20,000 nt of DNA. Origin: Myxococcota bacterium. GTDB taxonomy: Bacteria > Myxococcota_C > UBA6777. This document shows positions 1-7,233 of the stretch, piece after piece. Positions within the stretch are counted from its first letter, which is position 1; each line of letters opens with the position of its first letter. Location of the stretch: positions 53,422 to 73,421 of the forward strand of contig JAKLKB010000043.1 in assembly GCA_023150835.1 (NCBI GenBank), in the 5' to 3' direction. The notes beneath the pieces were generated by a model. That model had not been told where the DNA came from and did not search any database. It saw nothing but the letters and a program-made list of their open reading frames with translations. Position numbers and translations under genes: made by a program.

Positions 1-2
1 TG

Positions 3-248
3 ACGGCTTTTCGCCTCGGCCAGACCCATATCCAACTGTCCCTTCCAAGCCAGATCACGCTCCGCCTCCAAGTCCTCCAACACAACCGCGTGATCGAAGA
101 AGCCGAGTTCAAGCATCAAAGCTCCGCAGAAATTATTGTGAACCCCGAAGTGCGCTTGCGTAAAGATGCGTACGGACTAGGGAAACTGATCGCAAGCTAC
201 CTTGATCGGCGTATGCGCGGGCTGGGTCCCCCCGATGACGAGACTTGA
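3..248 (+). CDS. 3' end of an unknown protein (truncated by the window edge)
   Basis: Open frame from position 3 to TGA at 246-248 (TAFRLGQTHIQLSLPSQITLRLQVLQHNRVIEEAEF...GPPDDET*), protein-like and co-oriented with the next gene. No family recognised. Confidence 0.6.
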   Translation, partial: TAFRLGQTHIQLSLPSQITLRLQVLQHNRVIEEAEFKHQSSAEIIVNPEVRLRKDAYGLGKLIASYLDRRMRGLGPPDDET

Positions 249-375
249 CGCGAACGCAGATCTAGGCGTTTCATGGAAAAAGCATCAAAAGATCGCAGCC
301 CTGTCATCAGATCGTCACACCCCCACACGATATCTCGCTGCGTTTGTATCTTGTGCAACAAAGGAGCGTTCACGC

Positions 376-921
376 ATGGCTCACCCCCCTCCCCCCCAAA
401 GCATCGGTCTGTGGCAACGTGTTGTGTTGATGGATCGTGCGATCTTACGGCGTGTTCGCACATGGGAGCGCGATTGGGTCACTCCGTTGATGCGCCTTGC
501 AACCCGCGCAGGCGACGCCTCCAGTTGGATCCTCCTCACGCTGCTGATCTTTGCGATGGGCGAAAACATGCGCCATTACTTTTGGTTGTTGACCTACGCC
601 ACACTCTGTTCGACCTGCATCGCACACGCACTCAAACGGATCTTCCGCCGCAAACGCCCTTGCCTTGAGCACATCGGCGTCGAAGCATTGGTCGTCTACC
701 CTGACCAATACTCCTTTCCCTCAGGTCACACCACCACCGCTTTTGCCGTCGCTGCGATCCTCCTTCACGAAGGCTCGTACCTTGGCGCAGGCAGCACCAT
801 CGCCGCCCTTTGGATCGCCTCTTCGCGGATCTATCTCGGAGCCCACTATCCCCTCGATGTCTTTCTCGGCGCGGCCATCGGCTCCACCGTCGGTCTGACC
901 CTCCGCATCCTTTTCTTTTAA
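376..921 (+). CDS. PAP2-family membrane phosphatase (undecaprenyl-diphosphatase-like)
   Basis: PAP2 motifs KRIFRRKRP, SFPSGH and SRIYLGAHYPLDV plus hydrophobic helices. ATG at 376 is preceded by AAGGAG at 361-366. Confidence 0.93.
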   Translation: MAHPPPPQSIGLWQRVVLMDRAILRRVRTWERDWVTPLMRLATRAGDASSWILLTLLIFAMGENMRHYFWLLTYATLCSTCIAHALKRIFRRKRPCLEHIGVEALVVYPDQYSFPSGHTTTAFAVAAILLHEGSYLGAGSTIAALWIASSRIYLGAHYPLDVFLGAAIGSTVGLTLRILFF

Positions 922-1016
922 TTTTGCTCGTATCGCCCCTTCCTTCCGCCCTCTCTCAAAACAAACTCGTCAGTCGGTTTTTTACAAAGAAGGTTTCTGC
1001 GATCGGTGTTTGTGGG

Positions 1017-1230
1017 GTATTACCCCCCCACAAGATCGATGCGATCTGTTGTAGACGCCCTGTTTTTGGGCAGCCACGGGGGGCTGCCCCTACGTTTTGC
1101 GCACACACTACAGGCGGATTTCGTATTCCCCCCCCACAAACACCGATGCGATCTGTTGTAGACGCCCTGTTTTTGGGCAGCCACGGGGGGCTGCCCCTAC
1201 GTTTTGCGCACACACTCTACGGATTTCGTA
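1017..1230. repeat. Tandem pair of ~107-bp units, each with a GTAG-type REP palindrome (family 3)
   Basis: 1037-1109 is identical to 1144-1216. The minus strand reads GTAG-GGGCAGCC-CCCCGT-GGCTGCCC at 1068-1093 and 1175-1200. Both units end in CGGATTTCGTA. Confidence 0.9.
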
Positions 1231-1231
1231 C

Positions 1232-1393
1232 GACGTAGTGGCCCAAAAAAGCCGTGTTCGCGACGCTTCAAGCGAGAGAGCCGTCTGTGTGAAAAGCTTG
1301 CGATCTTTTCGCCGATACGGGGTCAAGGGGGCCGCGCTAAGGGTGTGGGGTGTGGGGTGAAACCCCACCAAACCATTCAACTGCGGAAGTCCT
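1232..1393 (+). mobile_element. Family-1 MITE-like element, copy A
   Basis: Shares the core AAAAAA-CCGTGTTCGCG-TTCAAGCG-TGAAAA-TTCGCC-GGGGTCAAGGG-GTGGGG..CCCCAC with copies B-D. Right end ACTGCGGAAGTCCT matches the family TIR; left end is degenerate. Confidence 0.75.
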
Positions 1394-1396
1394 GCC

Positions 1397-3019
1397 CTAC
1401 ACAGATTTGGTTTTCCACAGGTAATAGTCGTAATCGCCTTCGTAGACGCGGAGTTCGTGGCGGTCGATCTCGAAGACGCGGGTAGCGAGGGAGCGCAAGA
1501 AGTGGCGGTCGTGGCTGACGAGGATCACAGTGCCAGTGAAGTGCTTGAGTGCTCCAAGCAGGATATCGCGGGACTGGATATCGAGGTGGTTGGTGGGTTC
1601 GTCGAGGATCAGAAAGTTCAGGGGTTTGGCCAAGAGGATCGCCAGAGCAACTCGACTTTTTTCACCGCCCGACAAGATCGAGATATTCTTTTCCACCTCG
1701 TCGCCTTGAAACAAAAAGGCGGCAGCAAGGTTGCGTACAACGCCGACATTCATCTCGGGCATGGCTTCTTGAAGCGTGTCGACGATGCTTTTGTTGGGGG
1801 AGAGCGTTTCCATCGCGTGTTGGCTAAAGTAGCCGACGTTAACGCCCGTCCCAAGGGTAAAGACGCCACTTGTCGCTTCAGTTTGGCCAGCGAGGATCTT
1901 GAGGAAAGTAGACTTTCCTGCGCCGTTGACACCGACCACAGCGATCTTGTCGCCGCGTCGGATCATGCCGCTTGCACCGCGAAAGACGAGTTTTTCGCCA
2001 CCTTGCATCAGCGGCCAGACCTTGGAGAGGTGGTCGAATTTGACGACTTCATCGCCGCTGCGCGGGGGGGGATTGAACTGAAAGCGCACAGTGCGTTGTT
2101 CTGCGGGGATCTCGATCCGTTCGATCTTGTCGATCTTTTTGATGCGGGATTGCACTTGGGCAGCATGAGAGGCTCGCGCCTTAAATCGCGCAATGAAGGC
2201 TTCCTCTTTGGCCAGTTTTTCTTGTTGGCGATTGAAGCTGGCGACCAAGTTTTCTTTGCGGATCTCGCGCTCACGTTCGTAAAAGTCGTAGTTTCCCGTG
2301 TAAGAAGTGACCGTCTGGTTTTCGATGGCGACGATGGTCTTGATCAGGCGATTCATAAATTCGCGGTCGTGGCTGGTCATCACCAACGCACCTTCGTAGG
2401 TATTGAGCAGCCAGTCTTCGAGCCAGATGATCGACTCGACATCCAAGTGGTTGGTGGGTTCATCCAAAAGCAACACATCGGGATTTTGAAGCAGCACCCG
2501 CGCCAAAGCGATGCGCATCTTCCATCCGCCGCTGAAAGACTCGACAGGTCGGTGATAATCGTCAGGGCCGATCCCCAGCCCTGTAAGAATCGTCTGTGCG
2601 CGCACTTCAAGGTCGTAGCCACCGCGCTTTTCGAATTGCTCCATCGCTTCGCCATAACGCTCCAACAATTTTTCCATCGCATCGGCATCCATCGGCTTGC
2701 TCATCGCGGCTTCCATCTGCGCGATCTCTTGGCCGAGGCGCACCACATCAGCAGAGACTGCCTTGACCTCTTCGAGCGCCGAACGACCGGCCATATCGCC
2801 CACGCTTTGCGAAAAGTAGCCGATCACAGTCTGTTTGGCGATGCTGACTTCGCCCTCATCGGGCGCTTCTTGTCCCACGATCAAGCGAAAGATCGTACTT
2901 TTTCCTGCGCCATTGGGTCCCACCAGACCGATCCGACTGTGCGGCAAGATCTGAAAGTTGGCCCCAGAAAACAACACTTGCGCCCCATGACGCACCGTCA
3001 CTTGATTGATGTGGATCAT
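1397..3019 (-). CDS. ABC-F family ATP-binding protein (ribosome-associated, two ABC domains, no membrane domain)
   Basis: Two Walker A motifs (GPNGAGKS, GVNGAGKS), signatures FSGGW and LSGGE, LDEPTNHLD twice, SHDR twice, and a GNYDFY linker. ATG at 3019 has a GGAG RBS. Confidence 0.95.
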   Translation of the reverse strand: MIHINQVTVRHGAQVLFSGANFQILPHSRIGLVGPNGAGKSTIFRLIVGQEAPDEGEVSIAKQTVIGYFSQSVGDMAGRSALEEVKAVSADVVRLGQEIAQMEAAMSKPMDADAMEKLLERYGEAMEQFEKRGGYDLEVRAQTILTGLGIGPDDYHRPVESFSGGWKMRIALARVLLQNPDVLLLDEPTNHLDVESIIWLEDWLLNTYEGALVMTSHDREFMNRLIKTIVAIENQTVTSYTGNYDFYEREREIRKENLVASFNRQQEKLAKEEAFIARFKARASHAAQVQSRIKKIDKIERIEIPAEQRTVRFQFNPPPRSGDEVVKFDHLSKVWPLMQGGEKLVFRGASGMIRRGDKIAVVGVNGAGKSTFLKILAGQTEATSGVFTLGTGVNVGYFSQHAMETLSPNKSIVDTLQEAMPEMNVGVVRNLAAAFLFQGDEVEKNISILSGGEKSRVALAILLAKPLNFLILDEPTNHLDIQSRDILLGALKHFTGTVILVSHDRHFLRSLATRVFEIDRHELRVYEGDYDYYLWKTKSV

Positions 3020-3148
3020 CGAAATACTCCATCCATACGGCAAGATCGCGTTTCAACAACAACGCTTGTTCCCCAAAATCGCCGCATCATACAAATGCCC
3101 CCCCTGTATGACAAGCACAAAACGCCTTGGGTGCTTTTGATGGCGCGT

Positions 3149-3312
3149 AGGAGTTACGCAGTCGGATGATCTTGTGGGGCGAGGTACCATACCCCGCCAT
3201 AGAACCCCCTTGACCCCGTGATGGGCGAAAAGCTCACCGTTTTTCAAGCCAACGACTCTGTCACTTGGACGGCCGCGAGCACGGGGGTTTTTTGGCCGAC
3301 TGCGCAAATCCT
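3149..3312 (-). mobile_element. Family-1 MITE-like element, copy B (best-preserved TIRs)
   Basis: AGGAGTTACGCAGTCGG (3149-3165) and CCGACTGCGCAAATCCT (3296-3312) form a 15/17 inverted repeat. The interior is the reverse complement of the family-1 core. Confidence 0.85.
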
Positions 3313-3320
3313 CTCCGCGT

Positions 3321-5270
3321 TTAGGGCGTTTCGATACCGGTGAAATCGCGGCAGATCCCCATCGCTTCGGTCACGATGTCATGTTGTTCGCGTGTCAGCG
3401 TGCGATAAAATCCATCGGAGGCGACACGATAGGCTTCTTCGGGAGTCATACCGATGGCTTCAAGCCGCGCAGCATCTTCGCGGATGGTCTGCTGGACGTG
3501 TTCGCGTAGCTGGGCTTTGGCGTGTTCACGATCGGATTGGCTGTCAAAGATGTTGCCGATAAAAGAAGCGATGGTTCCGCCGATCACAAGGGCCACTCCA
3601 AATGGAGCGCCCACGCCCGTTGCGATCATCGCGGCCCCCACAAGCGCCGCGCCATTGCCGATCACTTCGGCTGCGGCTCCTGCGTTGGGGTTGCTTTGAT
3701 AATCGCCGATGCTCATCGCAAAGCCCAAGCCAGCACCGAGCGGGCCAAGAACCTTGCTTGCGGTACTCGCAAACCCCGCAACAGTAGCGGCTGAGTTCAC
3801 AAACCGCCCAGAGTTGGCCAGATACGTCGCTGCGGCTCCCACGATATCTGCACCAGAAGCCGCTGTTTGGACCATGCTGGTGATCGCAGCGTCCCACTGG
3901 CCTTTTCCAACAGAGTCGATGGTTCCGGCGATGCCAAACACAAGGCCCGCAGACGCAAGCCCCACCCCCAGAGGCGTATTGCCGAGTTCACCAAGCGCCG
4001 CCGTCATCTCCGAAGGACTCAAGAACTGGCCTTGCGCCATCGGCGCAAAGATCGCATGGGCTTGTTGCAACGCCACCCCAAGACTGGTCGCCGCTGAGCC
4101 TGTTCCTGAGACAGTCTCCAACAACGACGGATTTTGCTGGAGTTGCTCGATCAGCGTCGTCATCTGTGCAGCCGCTGCGGCAGGATCTCCGCTCGCTAAT
4201 TGGAGATATTCGTTGGCCGCCGTCCCAAGGGCAGAACCAAGGATCTCCCCGTTGATCGAGGAAAGCTGATCGCGAAACACTTCGCGAAGGCGAGGATCGG
4301 CGTTGACGCTGTTGACCCATTGTGCTGTTTGTGCGCCAAAGCCGGGGGTCGAAGCAAGAGTCCGATATCCGTCCGCAATAAACGAAGCCATCTGTGGTTG
4401 AAACGTTGAATCCGACAGCATCGCTGTTTGGGCTTCGGAGAGCTCGCGTTGCAGGTTTCGGGCAGCTTGTTGTTGTGCATCGTAGAGAGGCTGATGTTCG
4501 CGACGGTATTGTTCGATATAGGCTTGTTGTTGGGTCGGCGTCAGATTGTTGCCAAACGAAGCGATATCACGGGCAAGATCAGCTTCTGCCTGTTTCACAG
4601 CGTCGTTGGCTGATTCGTAGCTCCGTTGCGCATTTTGCAATTCGTTGATGTGCTGCACATTCGCCGGAGGGCCCGGGACAACTGGCGTTGGTGGCGTGTT
4701 TGGTGGTGTGGTCGCAGGCGGTGTTGCCGTCGGCGGCGTAGTCGTCGTGGGTGGCGTCGTGGGTGGAGCTGTCGGTGTGGGTGGAGCTGTCGGTGTGGGT
4801 GGAGCCGTTGGTGTGGGTGGAGCCGTCGGTGTGGGTGGAGCCGTCGGTGTGGCCGTCGGTGTCGCGGTTGGTGTCGCGGTTGGTGTCGCGGTTGGTGTCG
4901 CGGTCGGTGTCGCGGTTGGTGTCGCGGTCGGTGTCGCGGTCGGTGTCGCGGTTGGTGTCGCGGTTGGTGTGGCCGTACTGGGTGCAGAAGTTTGGCGGGA
5001 TTGAAGGCTTTGGGAGAGCTGCTTCGAGAAAAATTGAGCGGTGTTTCGCACGTCACCAAGGCTGTGTTGTGCGGCTTTGCGCAGCCCACCGATCTGCTCG
5101 GAAGACAGGCTTTGGGACGAAGATGGGGGGGGATTTTGTTTGGCTTGTTGAGTGGCTTTCTGAGCTTCGGCAGCTTTTTGGGCTTCCGCAGCACGGCGAG
5201 CTTCGGCAGCTTTTTGGGCTTCCGCAGCACGGCGAGCTTCATCGGATCGAGAAGAAGAAACTTTTGACAT
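3321..5270 (-). CDS. Hypothetical 649-aa protein: low-complexity N-terminus, Pro/Thr repeat, coiled-coil, Gly/Ala-rich hydrophobic C-terminus
   Basis: ATG at 5270 with GGAGG 6 nt upstream. Long ORF, no signal peptide, hydrophobic segments such as GAALVGAAMIATGVGAPFGVALVIGGTIASFIG. Confidence 0.85.
   Translation of the reverse strand: MSKVSSSRSDEARRAAEAQKAAEARRAAEAQKAAEAQKATQQAKQNPPPSSSQSLSSEQIGGLRKAAQHSLGDVRNTAQFFSKQLSQSLQSRQTSAPSTATPTATPTATPTATPTATPTATPTATPTATPTATPTATPTATPTAPPTPTAPPTPTAPPTPTAPPTPTAPPTTPPTTTTPPTATPPATTPPNTPPTPVVPGPPANVQHINELQNAQRSYESANDAVKQAEADLARDIASFGNNLTPTQQQAYIEQYRREHQPLYDAQQQAARNLQRELSEAQTAMLSDSTFQPQMASFIADGYRTLASTPGFGAQTAQWVNSVNADPRLREVFRDQLSSINGEILGSALGTAANEYLQLASGDPAAAAAQMTTLIEQLQQNPSLLETVSGTGSAATSLGVALQQAHAIFAPMAQGQFLSPSEMTAALGELGNTPLGVGLASAGLVFGIAGTIDSVGKGQWDAAITSMVQTAASGADIVGAAATYLANSGRFVNSAATVAGFASTASKVLGPLGAGLGFAMSIGDYQSNPNAGAAAEVIGNGAALVGAAMIATGVGAPFGVALVIGGTIASFIGNIFDSQSDREHAKAQLREHVQQTIREDAARLEAIGMTPEEAYRVASDGFYRTLTREQHDIVTEAMGICRDFTGIETP
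4680..4980 (-). repeat. Intragenic 12-bp (TATP) and 18-bp (TAPPTP) tandem repeats
   Basis: Plus strand shows repeated GGT(T/C)GGTGTCGC and GTCGGTGTGGGTGGAGC units, in frame with the 649-aa protein. Confidence 0.95.
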
Positions 5271-5461
5271 AGCGAACCTCCAAAGAACGCAAAGAACCTG
5301 CCCGATATCGACAAGTTTTGCTTTGTTAGCGAAGCGATCATCAACACCAAAAAGGCGAATTGAACGAGCTTTGGATGAGAAGCTATCACGCCAAAAAGAT
5401 ATCAAACACACCTTTCGTTCAAGGCCAAAGCGACACCGAATCAAGAGAGAAGTAAATACAA

Positions 5462-5624
5462 GTTGACTTGTTAACAAAAAACCCCGTGTTCGCGCCACTT
5501 CAAGCGGCAGCGCTATCGGTTTGAAAAACGCCTGTTCGCCCCGCCAATGCAGGGTCAAGGGAGCGCGCTCCCTTGTGGGGTGTGGGGTAAAACCCCACAA
5601 AAACCATCGAACTGTGCAAGCCGT
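5462..5624 (+). mobile_element. Family-1 MITE-like element, copy C
   Basis: Family core with hairpins AAGGGAGCGCGCTCCCTT and GTGGGGTAAAACCCCAC. Degenerate right TIR CGAACTGTGCAAGCCGT. Left boundary is approximate. Confidence 0.75.
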
Positions 5625-5642
5625 ATCGGCTCCAAGAGCCGA

Positions 5643-6782
5643 TCACCCGATCCCAAAAGAGCGCATCAGCACCCAATAGAGGGCGATAGCAAGAACAACA
5701 GCGTTGAGGAAGCGTTGCCAGCGCCGTCCATCTTTGGCGAGCAGTAGGCGTTGCAACAGCGGAAAGGCGACCACTACGATCGCGATCTGGCCGATCTCGA
5801 CGCCTAGATTGAAAGAGAACAGGGCAGGCAAAAGCCCTTGGGCTTGGGGATGGATCTTGTCTCGCAGGACATAAGAAAAACCGAAGCCGTGGATCAAGCC
5901 GAACACAGCAGCCATCCACGCTCGAAGTTTCATGGAAGGCGCATCGCGCCAGATATTTTCTGCGGCGATTAGGGCGATAGAAAGAGCGATCACCACTTCG
6001 ACAGGGCGTTCGGGTAGTGCGAGGATTTGAAGGGCACTCAAGATCAACGTGACGCTGTGGCCAAGTGTAAAGGCCGTAATAATCCAGAGCAATTGACCAA
6101 GGCGAGCCACCGCAAACAACAAGACGATCAAAAACAAGACGTGATCGTAGCCGATCCAGATATGCCATATGCCTTCCCAAAGAAAGGCCCCGATCAAGGC
6201 ATGGCCTTGTGGAAGCGTGGATTTCGTCGGTGGGTGGGGCGATGTGGAGGTCGGAGTAGTTGTGGGCGGATCAAAGTGCAGCGTGTATGTTGGGAAAAAC
6301 TGGGAGATGACGGTGCGGCGGGCAGGTTTTCCATCGATCTCGATCTGGACGTAATGGCGATGGCCGCCCTGATCCTCAAGCAAGATCTTGTTTTCGATCA
6401 AGACCGAACCAAGGGGCTTTGTGCAAGCGCGCTTTTGGAAGAACAAGATCCGCCGCCCACCTTGTCCCCAACGCATCTGTTGTTCGTACACGCGGCACAA
6501 AGCGTCGTTGTTACTGATCAAGAGGCGACTTGCGAGATAACGCTCGATCGGATCACGCGCCGCCTCAAGCGATCGCAGCGGGACGCGCTTGGTTTGGGGA
6601 TCTTCGAGTTTGAGATAAGAGCCGACATCTTGGGCGCTCACCGAAAGTCCTACCGAGATATCCGCCTGAGCGGTGTCGATCTTGAGGCGCATCTGCCCGG
6701 GAGAAGTCATGTGTGCTTGCGCATCAGCGGCCCCTCCAAAGAAGACGAGCGCCCCGAGGACAAAAGAAAAAATCTTGATCAT
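5643..6782 (-). CDS. HupE/UreJ-family membrane protein (putative Ni/metal transporter) with N-terminal exported domain
   Basis: Signal peptide ending AQA-H. Motifs GIWHIWIGYDHVLFL, TAFTLGHSVTL, VEVVIALSI, FGLIHGFGF and FNLGVEIGQ. Confidence 0.92.
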   Translation of the reverse strand: MIKIFSFVLGALVFFGGAADAQAHMTSPGQMRLKIDTAQADISVGLSVSAQDVGSYLKLEDPQTKRVPLRSLEAARDPIERYLASRLLISNNDALCRVYEQQMRWGQGGRRILFFQKRACTKPLGSVLIENKILLEDQGGHRHYVQIEIDGKPARRTVISQFFPTYTLHFDPPTTTPTSTSPHPPTKSTLPQGHALIGAFLWEGIWHIWIGYDHVLFLIVLLFAVARLGQLLWIITAFTLGHSVTLILSALQILALPERPVEVVIALSIALIAAENIWRDAPSMKLRAWMAAVFGLIHGFGFSYVLRDKIHPQAQGLLPALFSFNLGVEIGQIAIVVVAFPLLQRLLLAKDGRRWQRFLNAVVLAIALYWVLMRSFGIG

Positions 6783-6784
6783 GT

Positions 6785-7232
6785 AGAACTCACGCAATTG
6801 GTTTGTTGGATGGGGCGCTGCCCCATACGCGCCTTGTTAAGGTGGAAACCTCGTAGAGTCGGTCTTGATCGCCTTTTTTTTTGTTCTCCCCCCCTCAATC
6901 CCCCCGTGAACGGGGGGAAGTTGGAACGGGCAGCGTCTGCATTTCGTGCATACAGCGTGCGTCATGAAAAAACAAAATCCCCGATGCTTCCGACTTTCGC
7001 TCCCTCCCCTGTTCACGGCGACTTTCGCTCCCTCCCCTGTTCACGGGGGAGGGCGGGGTGGGGGGCTTTCCTCCGCTTCACCCAACGCCTATGGGGCGCT
7101 GCCCCAAACCCCGCAAGGGAGCGCGGCTCCCTTAACCCCGTGTTGGCGAAGAGAACACTGTTTTTCACACCAACGACTCTCTCGCTTGATGCCACACGAA
7201 CGCGGGTCTTTTTTTGCAACGGCGTCACTCAA
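6785..7232 (-). mobile_element. Family-1 MITE-like element, copy D, interrupted by a family-2 element
   Basis: TIR-like AGAACTCACGCAATTGG at 6785-6801 has the same 9-nt spacing to TGGGGC as copy B. The family core resumes at 7094-7232. Removing 6824-7104 restores an intact copy. Confidence 0.8.
6824..7093. mobile_element. Family-2 non-autonomous IS4/IS231-like element (270 bp) with 11-bp target-site duplication
   Basis: Ends CATACGCGCCTTGTTAAG and (reverse complement) CATAGGCGTTGGGTGAAG. Flanked by direct repeats GGGCGCTGCCC at 6813-6823 and 7094-7104. Internal 28-bp tandem duplication at 6991-7018/7019-7046. Confidence 0.85.
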
Positions 7233-7233
7233 T

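Noticed and set aside
1017-1230. Possible CRISPR array (also considered for 4680-4980, 8191-8316, 13741-13836 and 15579-15722)
   Set aside because: No series of unique spacers between constant repeats, most repeats are in-frame coding, and there are no cas genes.
1457-3169. 570-aa plus-strand ORF
   Set aside because: Antisense shadow of the ABC-F gene with no recognisable motifs.
3141-3320. Target-site duplication for copy B (TGGCGCGT / CTCCGCGT)
   Set aside because: Only 5 of 8 bases match and the other copies show nothing equivalent.
5271-5600. N-terminal extension of the 759-aa ORF
   Set aside because: It starts inside family-1 copy C; the ATG at 5270 has a clear GGAGG RBS.
1232-7232. 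Integron cassette array with family-1 copies as attC sites
   Set aside because: Copies alternate in orientation, lack RYYYAAC/GTTRRRY ends, and no integrase is present.
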